Position numbers and translations under genes: made by a program
The notes under the pieces: generated by a model
What the model saw: the letters and a program-made list of their open reading frames with translations, nothing else
Databases searched by the model: none
Told to the model about the DNA's origin: nothing
Source of the DNA: an uncultured archaeon
GTDB taxonomy: Archaea > Asgardarchaeota > Thorarchaeia > Thorarchaeales > Thorarchaeaceae
DNA: 24,000 nucleotides
Assembly (NCBI GenBank): GCA_964648855.1
Contig: CAZYLT010000004.1
Location: 19,190 to 43,189, forward strand
Direction: 5' to 3'
Part shown: positions 1 through 8,354 of the stretch, one piece after another
Numbering within the stretch: the stretch's first letter is position 1
How the letters are laid out: every line of letters begins with the position of its first letter

Positions 1-26
1 AATGTGAGTAGAATCAAAAAAGAACC

Positions 27-145
27 GCGGGAGTTGCCAAGACAGGCCAAAGGCGGCGGACTTAAGATCAGATGAAAAATGGGGTCATCAATGAGAGATC
101 CGCTCTCGTAGGAGTCCGAGGGTTCAAATCCCTCCTCCCGCACCA
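27..145 (+). tRNA. tRNA-Leu(UAA) with a ~31-nt intron at the canonical 37/38 position (about 67..97); CCA encoded
   Basis: Folded by eye. Acceptor GCGGGAG/CTCCCGC. Anticodon stem GCGGA (56-60)/TCCGC (99-103). Loop CTTAAGA with TAA at 63-65. Long variable arm. T-arm GAGGG-TTCAAAT-CCCTC. Discriminator A followed by CCA. Confidence 0.9.
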
Positions 146-148
146 TTC

Positions 149-153
149 TTTTT
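149..153 (+). terminator. Oligo-T tract directly after tRNA-Leu (archaeal-type terminator)
   Basis: TTTTT lies 4 nt after the encoded CCA. Archaeal RNAP terminates at T-runs. Confidence 0.35.
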
Positions 154-207
154 CGACCAATGCGGTAATTTTATGGGTACTTTGCTGAGCAGAAGGATTG
201 CTTAAAA

Positions 208-1521
208 ATGGGATATCATAACTTAGAATTTCCGGAGAATTTTCTTTGGGGAAGTGCGGCTGCAGCTCACCAAACAGAGGGCGGAAATTTCAATAACTGG
301 AGTGAATGGGAAAGGATTCCTGGCAAAATCATCGACGGTAGTGATTCCAGTATTGCCTGTGACCACTATAACAGATATGAAGAGGATTTCGATCTGGCCC
401 AGGAACTGGGACACCAAGTGCACCGATTTTCAATTGCATGGAGTAGGATTGAACCAGAGCGGAGCAAGTGGGATGAAGGCGAGATTGACCATTATAGATC
501 GGTTCTCCAGGCGCTTGTTGACAGAGAGATTCAGCCCGTGGTAACATTACACCATTTTACAGAACCGGTCTGGTTCAGAGATTTGGGTTCTTGGTTAAAT
601 CCAAATTCTCCTGAGATTTTCGCGCCATATTGTAGAAAGATAGCTGAAGCGTTCTCTGATTTTGACATCATATGGAACACTATTAACGAGCCTATGGTAG
701 TAACGACAATGGGCTATGTGTTTGGCGAATTCCCCCCTGAAGAGAAGGACTTCGGAAAGGGACTGACTGTTGCAAAACATCTGCTAATGGCACATGGACA
801 GGCCGCAACACAAGTCAGACAAGCCTATGATGAAGTTGGGAAAGAACAACCACAGATTGCCCCCGTTATCAGTGTTTCGCACTTCATGCCAGCCGACCCC
901 GAAAATGAGGACGACCTGGAGTTAGTAGAGTATCTAGATGAGATATACAATCATGTTTGGATCAGAGGGGCTATTGATGGAATCCTTCCGGAACCTGCAG
1001 GTGACGGAAGCAGATATCCACCGCTTGATGATTCAGTAGATTTCATAGGTCTGAATTACTATAGCAGAATGGTTGTATCGTCTGAGCTTGATTTCATGGC
1101 TGGTGAAATGCCACCAAAAGACCCCGAACTGGAACGATGTGAAGGCCTAGATTGGGAAGTATATCCAGAGGGATATTATCAGGTATTACGATCATTTGGG
1201 GATAAGTATGGCAGGCCTATCTTTCTAACAGAGAACGGGATAGGGACGAGTGATGATAATGTTCGCCAACGCTATATCATCAACCACCTTCAAGAGGTTC
1301 ATCGTGCGATCCAGGATGGAGTCGAGATACTAGGATATCTTGTCTGGTCGCTCACGGACAATTTTGAATGGGCACAGGGGTTCAGTAGTCATTTTGGTCT
1401 CGTTGAGATTGATTATGATACTTTGGAGAGGAAACCAAAAGAGAGTGCGTATATGTTTAGAGAAATCATAGAGGAAAATGCACTAACGAAGGAAATCCAA
1501 GAGAAGTATCTGCGGGATTAA
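208..1521 (+). CDS. Glycoside hydrolase family 1 beta-glucosidase/beta-galactosidase
   Basis: 437 aa. N-terminal FPENFLWGSAAAAHQTEG. Acid/base motif TINEP. Nucleophile motif FLTENGIG. Also LVWSLTDNFEW. GAAGGA lies about 11 nt upstream of the ATG. Confidence 0.93.
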   Translation: MGYHNLEFPENFLWGSAAAAHQTEGGNFNNWSEWERIPGKIIDGSDSSIACDHYNRYEEDFDLAQELGHQVHRFSIAWSRIEPERSKWDEGEIDHYRSVLQALVDREIQPVVTLHHFTEPVWFRDLGSWLNPNSPEIFAPYCRKIAEAFSDFDIIWNTINEPMVVTTMGYVFGEFPPEEKDFGKGLTVAKHLLMAHGQAATQVRQAYDEVGKEQPQIAPVISVSHFMPADPENEDDLELVEYLDEIYNHVWIRGAIDGILPEPAGDGSRYPPLDDSVDFIGLNYYSRMVVSSELDFMAGEMPPKDPELERCEGLDWEVYPEGYYQVLRSFGDKYGRPIFLTENGIGTSDDNVRQRYIINHLQEVHRAIQDGVEILGYLVWSLTDNFEWAQGFSSHFGLVEIDYDTLERKPKESAYMFREIIEENALTKEIQEKYLRD

Positions 1522-1528
1522 GATAGAA

Positions 1529-2092
1529 ATGAGTCTTGACGTACTATTCTCTGCAACGGGACTTATTGTTCTCATGGAAATAGGCGACAAGACCATGCTA
1601 ACTACCATGTGCCTTAGTGCCCAATACAGGAAACCATGGTTTGTTCTGATGGCATCACTTTCTGCATTAGCTGCTTCTTCCATTATTGCAATATTGTTGG
1701 CCGCCCTCCTAGCAACGGCATTGCCTCTCAATATAATAATCTACATCTCAGGCTTCTTATTTATCGGGCTTGGTGTGTATTCCTTTCTAGGTTTGGACAA
1801 TGAACAAGAACAGAGCTGTGAAAATCGGGGAACAGTATTCAGTATGTTTACACTAATCCTGTTTTCGGAGCTGGGGGATAAGAGTCAGCTGGCAATTCTT
1901 GCACTAGCAGTGCAGTCAGTATTCCCAATCATGGTGCTTTTAGGAGCTATTGTAGGGTTTATCGTAGTCAATGCAATCGGGGTTGTAGTTGGTGATAAAA
2001 TATCGGCAAAATTGCCAATGAGAGGAATTAGAATAAGCACAGGTATCCTTTTCATAGTATTCGGTATTTTCATTCTATTTGGAATTCTATAG
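1529..2092 (+). CDS. UPF0016/GDT1 (TMEM165-like) family membrane protein, putative Mn2+/Ca2+ transporter
   Basis: 187 aa and polytopic. Two copies of the family signature E-x-G-D-K-[ST]: MEIGDKTM and SELGDKSQ. Confidence 0.85.
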   Translation: MSLDVLFSATGLIVLMEIGDKTMLTTMCLSAQYRKPWFVLMASLSALAASSIIAILLAALLATALPLNIIIYISGFLFIGLGVYSFLGLDNEQEQSCENRGTVFSMFTLILFSELGDKSQLAILALAVQSVFPIMVLLGAIVGFIVVNAIGVVVGDKISAKLPMRGIRISTGILFIVFGIFILFGIL

Positions 2093-2153
2093 AAATACGA
2101 AGGTTTTATTCTGATGATTAGCACCTCGAAAATGAGTGGAAGGTGTTGATATA

Positions 2154-3509
2154 ATGAGCTTGGAAGACTCTGGCTACAAAGGCACTCTCTTGAAGAAGCT
2201 TGCATCTGCAGGCATTAAGATGGGTGATAGAGTGCGATTCAGAGATGGTGAAAAGGAAATTGAAGGGATAATAATGCCCCGTAGTCAGATAGGAGCTGAT
2301 TCACATCATTTGGTTCTCAAACTAGATAGTGGATACAATTTAGGTCTAAGAGTGAATGAAAACACAACTCTACAGAGGCTCAAGCGCAATGAGATGAAAT
2401 CTGTTTCACCTGATGCGGATATTCTAGAAAGTGAGGACTCCAGTCTTCCACATGTTTCAATTCTCAGTACAGGAGGAACTATAGCCAGCAAAGTCGACTA
2501 TCTTACAGGAGCTGTAAATCCCGCCCTTACAGCTGAAGACCTCTACGAGTCTGTTCCCGAATTAAGGGAGTATGCGCGGATTGATGCGAGAGTACTGCTT
2601 AGCGAGTTATCAGAGAATATAGAGCCAAAACATTGGTCGAAAATTGCCCGTGCGGTTGCAAAGGAAATTCGAAAGGGAGTGGATGGCGTCGTTGTTGCTC
2701 ATGGGACAGATACATTGGGCCTAACATCGGCAGCTCTGTCCTTTGCTCTTCAGAACCTTCCTGTACCGTTGGCGTTAGTTGGCGCGCAGCGTTCCTCAGA
2801 TCGACCGTCTTCAGATGCCTCGATGAATCTTATTGGTGCAGTAGAACTTGTGGGAAGGTCTGATATTGCGGAAGTTTTAGTGGTAATGCATGGCGAAACG
2901 GATGACTCCTATGTTTATGCGCACAGAGGAACCAGAGTTCGAAAACTACATACGAGTAGGCGAGATGCATTCAGGACAGTGAATGATTATCCTATTCTGA
3001 AAGGGGAGGGAAAGAATATTGTTGAGATAAGTGCCCCTCTCTTACGTCGCAATTCTAAGAGAAAACTACAAGTGAAACCGAGGTTTGAGGAGAGAGTTGG
3101 TCTGGTCAAAACATATCCGGGCATATCTGCGGATATTGTAGACCATCTTGTCGATAGAAATTATCGGGGAATAATCATAGAAGGTTCAGGTCTGGGGCAC
3201 GCACCCACTCGGATTAATGGCGCCATTGAGCGTGCAATCGAATCTGGATTGGTAGTAGCAATGACTAGTCAGTGTATTTTCGGTCGGGTTGATATGAATG
3301 TGTACCGATCCGGGGTGGAGCTTCTGGATCTCGGTGTTATTCCGTGTGAAGATATGCTCCCTGAAACGGCTCTTGTGAAATTGATGTGGCTGCTAGCTAA
3401 TCGCAAGGATTTGGATCAGGTCAAATCTGACTTGACAAAGCCGATGACAGGAGAGATAGAAATGAGGACCGAATATGCAGAATACTTTGATAGACAAGAG
3501 GTGGAATGA
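2154..3509 (+). CDS. gatD: Glutamyl-tRNA(Gln) amidotransferase subunit D (asparaginase-like)
   Basis: Asparaginase motifs SILSTGGTIAS and VAHGTDTL. Archaeal GatD architecture, sitting directly upstream of gatE. The ORF track opens at GTG 2136. I prefer ATG 2154 because GGAAGGTG (2138-2145) lies 8 nt upstream of it. Confidence 0.92.
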   Translation: MSLEDSGYKGTLLKKLASAGIKMGDRVRFRDGEKEIEGIIMPRSQIGADSHHLVLKLDSGYNLGLRVNENTTLQRLKRNEMKSVSPDADILESEDSSLPHVSILSTGGTIASKVDYLTGAVNPALTAEDLYESVPELREYARIDARVLLSELSENIEPKHWSKIARAVAKEIRKGVDGVVVAHGTDTLGLTSAALSFALQNLPVPLALVGAQRSSDRPSSDASMNLIGAVELVGRSDIAEVLVVMHGETDDSYVYAHRGTRVRKLHTSRRDAFRTVNDYPILKGEGKNIVEISAPLLRRNSKRKLQVKPRFEERVGLVKTYPGISADIVDHLVDRNYRGIIIEGSGLGHAPTRINGAIERAIESGLVVAMTSQCIFGRVDMNVYRSGVELLDLGVIPCEDMLPETALVKLMWLLANRKDLDQVKSDLTKPMTGEIEMRTEYAEYFDRQEVE

Positions 3510-5427
3510 AGTGGCACCCAGCCTGGATTATGATGAATTGGGTTTGATGGTTGGTTTGGAACTTCATCAGCAGTTAGATACTGAGAGAAAGTTATACTGT
3601 CACTGCCGCACTGTGATTCGAGATGATCAACCACATGGAAGGTTCACCAGACGACTCCGTCCGACCCAAAGTGAGATGGGACAGGTAGACCCGGCTGCAT
3701 TGTTTGAATTTCAGCGGAACAAGAGATTCTGTTACGAATTCTATAATGATACAACCTGTCTAGTAGAAGCAGATGAAGAGCCCCCACACAGCATTGATGA
3801 GGAATCCATAGATATCTGTCTCACAATGGCGAGCTTTTTGGAATCAACGCCTGTTGACGAAATTCATCCGATGAGAAAGATAGTAATTGATGGAAGTAAC
3901 ACGACCGGATTTCAGAGAACATGTATTATTGCAAGAGGTGGAAAGATTCGAGTTGGAAAGAAAGGAATAGGCATACAGACTATTTGTCTTGAAGAAGACG
4001 CTGCAAGGAAAATCGCTGATGATGCGAGAGAGAATGTTACGACATATAGATTGGATAGACTGGGAATTCCATTGATAGAGGTTGCAACGGCACCCGATAT
4101 CAATACGCCTAGAGAGGCAGAAGACGTTGCATTGGCCTTGGGTATTTTGCTGCGGTCCACAGGGAAAGTAAAACGAGGGCTGGGAACCATACGTCAGGAT
4201 GTGAATGTATCAATTGAAGGAGGGGGTATAATTGAGATAAAGGGGTTGCAGCAGCTTGCATTGCTATCAACAGTTGTGGAGCTAGAGGCAATACGACAAA
4301 AGAATCTCCTGCAAATACAAAAGGAATTAGAGAAGCGAAATGTGACAATTGAAGCAATAGAAGACCAAATCTATGACGTGACGGACATATTTGATAAATC
4401 CGATTCGAAGGTTATCAAAAGTGCTATGGAAAAAGGCGGTCGAGTCAAAGCTGTAAAGCTTCCTGCATTTGCAGAATTGGTAGGAAAAGAGATACAGCCC
4501 AACCGAAGACTAGGAAGTGAGCTATCCGACTATGCGAACTTTTGGGGTGACGTCGGAGGAATATTCCATACAGATGAGCTTCCCAAATATGGAATCACAC
4601 AACGTAATGTTGACGAAGTCAGGAAATCGGTTTCAGCAGATGGCAATGACGCAGTCATAATTGTCGCTGCCCCTGAAAAGAACTGCAATGATGCGCTTAG
4701 GGCGGTCTTGGACCGTGCACGAGAAACAATTCTCGGAGTTCCAGCTGAAACACGCACCCCTCTTTCTGATGGCACAACCAAATACGCTAGACCTCGACCG
4801 GGTGCAGAGAGAATGTATCCAGAAACTGATGTGAGAGCTGTTGTTATCGACAAAGAACGTATCAGAAAAATAGAGAAGAACCTGCCCGAAAAATTGGAGG
4901 AGAGGAGAACCCGTTTTATTCGACAGCATGGGTTAAGTGAAGAGCTGGCTGGTCAGATCACCAGATCATTGAATATTGATTTGTACGAAGAGATCGTTGA
5001 TGTTGTTGATATCTCTCCCACACTTGTAGCAGTTACACTAGAGAATACTATGGTCAGTCTCAACAGGGATGATGTGCCTACGGAAAACATTCCAGAAAAC
5101 CAGATTGTCGCCATTTTTGAAGAGGTCTCATCAGGTGATATATCTCCGGAGGCAATTCCTGACATGTTGACTTTTTTTGCCAATAATCCGGAGGCAAGCT
5201 TCGAAGAGGCGCTATCGAAAACGGGATTGGAAAAAATTGAGGAAGAACAGGTTTCTGGTTATATCAGGAACTTGGTGAAGGAACGGAAGGACTTTGTCGA
5301 GAGGGAGGGAAGGCGGGCAATAGGCGGCCTCATGGGAGTTGCTATGAAAGAGCTTCATGGAAAGGCAGATGGAAAACGGGTAAGAGAATTACTCATGGAA
5401 GAAATCCGGAAGTTAACATCTGACTGA
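3475..5427 (+). CDS. gatE: Glutamyl-tRNA(Gln) amidotransferase subunit E
   Basis: 650 aa. LGLMVGLELHQQL near the N-terminus. GatB/E-type core with a C-terminal YqeY-like tail. ATG 3475 (GAGGA 6 nt upstream) overlaps gatD by 35 nt. An alternative start is GTG 3511, 2 nt after the gatD stop and preceded by GAGGTGG. That start would give the short N-terminus I recall for GatE homologues. Confidence 0.92.
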   Translation: MQNTLIDKRWNEVAPSLDYDELGLMVGLELHQQLDTERKLYCHCRTVIRDDQPHGRFTRRLRPTQSEMGQVDPAALFEFQRNKRFCYEFYNDTTCLVEADEEPPHSIDEESIDICLTMASFLESTPVDEIHPMRKIVIDGSNTTGFQRTCIIARGGKIRVGKKGIGIQTICLEEDAARKIADDARENVTTYRLDRLGIPLIEVATAPDINTPREAEDVALALGILLRSTGKVKRGLGTIRQDVNVSIEGGGIIEIKGLQQLALLSTVVELEAIRQKNLLQIQKELEKRNVTIEAIEDQIYDVTDIFDKSDSKVIKSAMEKGGRVKAVKLPAFAELVGKEIQPNRRLGSELSDYANFWGDVGGIFHTDELPKYGITQRNVDEVRKSVSADGNDAVIIVAAPEKNCNDALRAVLDRARETILGVPAETRTPLSDGTTKYARPRPGAERMYPETDVRAVVIDKERIRKIEKNLPEKLEERRTRFIRQHGLSEELAGQITRSLNIDLYEEIVDVVDISPTLVAVTLENTMVSLNRDDVPTENIPENQIVAIFEEVSSGDISPEAIPDMLTFFANNPEASFEEALSKTGLEKIEEEQVSGYIRNLVKERKDFVEREGRRAIGGLMGVAMKELHGKADGKRVRELLMEEIRKLTSD

Positions 5428-5513
5428 GTATTGTAGTGTGAAGCGTAACTTTAATAGAGAAATCAAGCGGTGGGCACCGATGAGAGGGCTTTGCTCCTTT
5501 CTGACTAACGCGT

Positions 5514-5647
5514 GCCGCAGTGGCCTAGCCTGGTTAGGGCGCGAGACTCATAATCTGTCCATAATGGACTAATAATGGGGTCATACGTCTCGGGCCTCGA
5601 GATGAGACATCTCGAAGTCGAGGGCTCGAATCCCTCCTGCGGCACCA
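5514..5647 (+). tRNA. tRNA-Met(CAU), elongator type (or Ile2-CAU), with two introns; CCA encoded
   Basis: Acceptor GCCGCAG/CTGCGGC. D-arm GCCT-AGCCTGGTTA-GGGC. Anticodon stem CGAGA (5542-46)/TCTCG (5588-92). Anticodon CAT at 5549-51. T-arm GAGGG-CTCGAAT-CCCTC. Extra ~34 nt at 5554..5587 and ~22 nt within 5593..5619. Confidence 0.85.
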
Positions 5648-5690
5648 AACTGTCGTTCGTTGCAAAGTCATTGACGCGTGTGCAGACACA

Positions 5691-5695
5691 TTTTT
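5691..5695 (+). terminator. Oligo-T tract after a short GTGT/ACAC hairpin, downstream of tRNA-Met
   Basis: The sequence reads GTGTGCAGACACATTTTTG. A T5 run follows a 4-bp stem. Confidence 0.3.
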
Positions 5696-5786
5696 GAGTG
5701 GATGTAGGTTAGAGTGATTGTGGATAGGTTATGTTGTGAACTAACCATCCTCTAGTATTGGAAATAGGACTTTGTGGTGAAAAGAG

Positions 5787-7001
5787 ATGAGTTTGCCCTT
5801 CAAGACATTGGACGACGTGGAGTATGCAGGCAAGAAAATCCTCATGCGAGCTGACATGAATTGTTCTGTCAATTCCGAAACAAAGGAGATCACTGACAGC
5901 TCTAGGATAGAGGCGATCCTTCCGACGCTTGAGGATTTGTCCAAGAGTGGTGTTGCATTGATGGCACACCAGGGGAGGCCTGGGAGTGATGATTTCATTT
6001 CATTGCAGCCACATACAGAGATTCTGCAGGATTTGGAAGTAAACGCCAGTTTTGTTGATGATATCTTCGGTGAGAAGGCCAAGTCAGCAATAAAAAACTT
6101 GGACATAGGAGAAGTCCTTGTTCTTCAAAATGTCAGGTATTTTGATGGTGAATTAAAGAAGGCGCCAGTTGAGGAAGTAGCCAAAGAACCGTTGGTACAA
6201 GAGCTATATCCTCTGTTTGATCTATTTGTAAATGACGCATTTGGCGCGGCTCATAGATCACAGGCATCTCTGGTAGGATTCACGCCGTATCTCCCATCAG
6301 TGGCAGGGAGACTTATGGAAAAAGAAATCCGCACACTGAGCAAGGCTGTTGACACAGAGAAGCACCCTTGGACTCTTGTGTTGGGTGGCGCAAAAGTAGA
6401 AGATAAAGTAAAGACATTAGAGAAACTGCTGAAGACAGGAAGAGTCGACCATGCCTTGCTTGGTGGTCTTGTAGCCACTGCTCTATTGGTTTCAAGTGGA
6501 AAAATAGCCAAGGAATACTCCAAGCCTATTGGCAGTTTTGATTCAATCAGTGATTCTGCTAAGACATTGTTAGAGGAGTATGCGGACATTATCGTGCTTC
6601 CAACTGATGCAGCTGTCGAGAGAGATGAGTCTCGTGTAGATTCCTCGTTTGATGAAATGAATGAAGATCCATTCTATGATATTGGCAAAGAAACAATGAA
6701 GGTGTTCGAAGATATCATAGGAAAGTCTGCCGTTGTATTTGCGAACGGACCTATGGGGCTCTTTGAAAAGGAACCGTTTGCCTTGGGAACGGAGAAGGTT
6801 CTTCGTGCGATTGCAGCCATTGATGGCGTTACGGTTGTGGGTGGTGGGCATCTTGGAGCCATGGCCAGAGAGATGGAATTAGAGAGGCAGGTGTCCCATA
6901 TAAGCACCGGCGGTGGATCCACTATAAATTTCCTCACCGGAAAGAAACTTGAAGTAGTTCAAGCCTTGGAGAAGGCTGCAGAACGCATGGACACGAGATG
7001 A
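5787..7001 (+). CDS. pgk: Phosphoglycerate kinase (archaeal type)
   Basis: 404 aa. Motifs ILMRADMN, MAHQGRPG, NDAFGAAHR, LGGAKVEDK and VVGGGH. GGTGA lies 6 nt upstream of the ATG. Confidence 0.93.
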   Translation: MSLPFKTLDDVEYAGKKILMRADMNCSVNSETKEITDSSRIEAILPTLEDLSKSGVALMAHQGRPGSDDFISLQPHTEILQDLEVNASFVDDIFGEKAKSAIKNLDIGEVLVLQNVRYFDGELKKAPVEEVAKEPLVQELYPLFDLFVNDAFGAAHRSQASLVGFTPYLPSVAGRLMEKEIRTLSKAVDTEKHPWTLVLGGAKVEDKVKTLEKLLKTGRVDHALLGGLVATALLVSSGKIAKEYSKPIGSFDSISDSAKTLLEEYADIIVLPTDAAVERDESRVDSSFDEMNEDPFYDIGKETMKVFEDIIGKSAVVFANGPMGLFEKEPFALGTEKVLRAIAAIDGVTVVGGGHLGAMAREMELERQVSHISTGGGSTINFLTGKKLEVVQALEKAAERMDTR

Positions 7002-7065
7002 CTACACATCATCAAAGTCAATCTTTATCTATGTCGCGAACAAGAAAGAGATAGAGGTAAGCCAC

Positions 7066-7650
7066 TTGCCTAGCTGTGAGCTTTGCGGCAGACAGATGAA
7101 GGGACGAGGACGAGACATCACAATAGACGGTGTCGAGATGAATGTCTGCCCACAATGCGCATCCAAGTTTGGTGGAAATGCAAAGGAAAAGGAAACGATA
7201 AGTAGAGCCCCCTCATCGGGCCGTCGACCTGCTTGGTCAGGTCGGTCTTCATACCCGCGTTCCTCACCCCAAAAATCATCAGGTACGAGCCAACGAAGTA
7301 GTCCAACAAGGAAGTCCACTAAACGCAGGGGTGGACCACATCTAGATGAAATGGTCCTGATAAAAGACTATGCGGACACTATTCGTTCAGCCAGACAAAG
7401 GAAAGGACTAAATCAGGAGGAACTGGCACAGGCCATCGGAGAGCGGATTACTACTCTGCAGTCAATTGAAGCTGGAAAACTGAAACCAACTCAAAAGGTG
7501 ATTCGAGGGCTGGAGCGAGAATTGGGAATTTCATTATTGGAGGCTATTGGAACGGTTCCTCTCAAGAAACTAAGAGGAAAGAAAGCAGGTGGCCCCACAC
7601 TTGGTGATGTTGTGAAAGTAAAAAGAAAGAAGTCACAGAAGAGTGATTGA
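7066..7650 (+). CDS. mbf1: Archaeal multiprotein-bridging factor 1 (zinc ribbon plus XRE-type HTH)
   Basis: N-terminal CELCG...CPQC zinc ribbon. C-terminal HTH RSARQRKGLNQEELAQAIGERITTLQSIEAGK. TTG start with GAGGT (7054-58) 7 nt upstream. The next in-frame Met would delete the first CxxC. Confidence 0.85.
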   Translation: MPSCELCGRQMKGRGRDITIDGVEMNVCPQCASKFGGNAKEKETISRAPSSGRRPAWSGRSSYPRSSPQKSSGTSQRSSPTRKSTKRRGGPHLDEMVLIKDYADTIRSARQRKGLNQEELAQAIGERITTLQSIEAGKLKPTQKVIRGLERELGISLLEAIGTVPLKKLRGKKAGGPTLGDVVKVKRKKSQKSD

Positions 7651-7805
7651 ATCGCCTAGATGAGAGTTTCTAATGGGTAAAGAACAGCTCTTATATATCA
7701 TGTAACCAAATAATATACTAGATGCACAGCTTTGGGCTTGAACTTCTGAAACTGATACAGGTCCAGTCATATAGCCAAATATAGCAGCTTAGGTGAAATC
7801 AGCAA

Positions 7806-8330
7806 ATGTCAAAATCAAGCTTCAACAATGACCTATTCAGACTCGTAGTGGAAGAGATAGCTGGGAAAGAGGGGGTAGAGGTTGCTACGGTACTAGTGAA
7901 CTCGGATGAAACAACGGATGAGGAGATAGCCACCAAGACTGATTTGAAGCTTAATGTTGTGAGAAAGATTCTGTATAATCTGCATGATAATCATCTGGCA
8001 TCATATCGTAGAATTCGTGATAGCAATACAGGTTGGTTTCTTTATTACTGGCGAATTGATCCGAAGAAGGCGCAGGCACTTGTGAATAGAAAGAAACGAA
8101 TGGTGCTGAATCTTCTTGAACAAAGATTAGAACACGAGAGTAACAATGACTTGTATGCCTGTGTAAATCGTGATTCCTCACCCGTTCCTTTTGAAGAGGC
8201 AATGAGTCTATCATTTAGGTGTCCAAACTGTAATGAACCCCTTGAGTTTGTGGATAATGCCAAGGCCGTAAGTTTTCTCAAGAAGCGTGTAGAGGAACTT
8301 AAGGCAGATTTGGAAACAGCTTCTACATAG
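7806..8330 (+). CDS. tfe: Transcription factor E (TFIIE-alpha homologue)
   Basis: 174 aa. Winged-helix region VVRKILYNLHDNHLASYRRIRDSNTGWFLYYWRID. C-terminal ribbon-like FRCPNCNEPLEF. AGGTGA lies 9 nt upstream of the ATG. Confidence 0.8.
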   Translation: MSKSSFNNDLFRLVVEEIAGKEGVEVATVLVNSDETTDEEIATKTDLKLNVVRKILYNLHDNHLASYRRIRDSNTGWFLYYWRIDPKKAQALVNRKKRMVLNLLEQRLEHESNNDLYACVNRDSSPVPFEEAMSLSFRCPNCNEPLEFVDNAKAVSFLKKRVEELKADLETAST

Positions 8331-8354
8331 TGCGCGTTCATTTTAGGAATACTT

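Noticed and set aside
5470-5513. C/D-box-like pair (GATGAGA ... CTGA) in the leader just upstream of tRNA-Met; similar ATGAGA strings occur in the Leu intron, the second Met intron and at 7659
   Set aside because: Only one imperfect C box and one D box lie about 17 nt apart, with no C'/D' pair and no terminal stem independent of the tRNA. ATGAGA is a 6-mer expected many times in 24 kb.
5709-6106. Minus-strand ORFs 5709..5969 and 5741..6106 overlapping the pgk 5' region
   Set aside because: They are antisense shadows of a strongly supported pgk gene, with no motifs and no start context.
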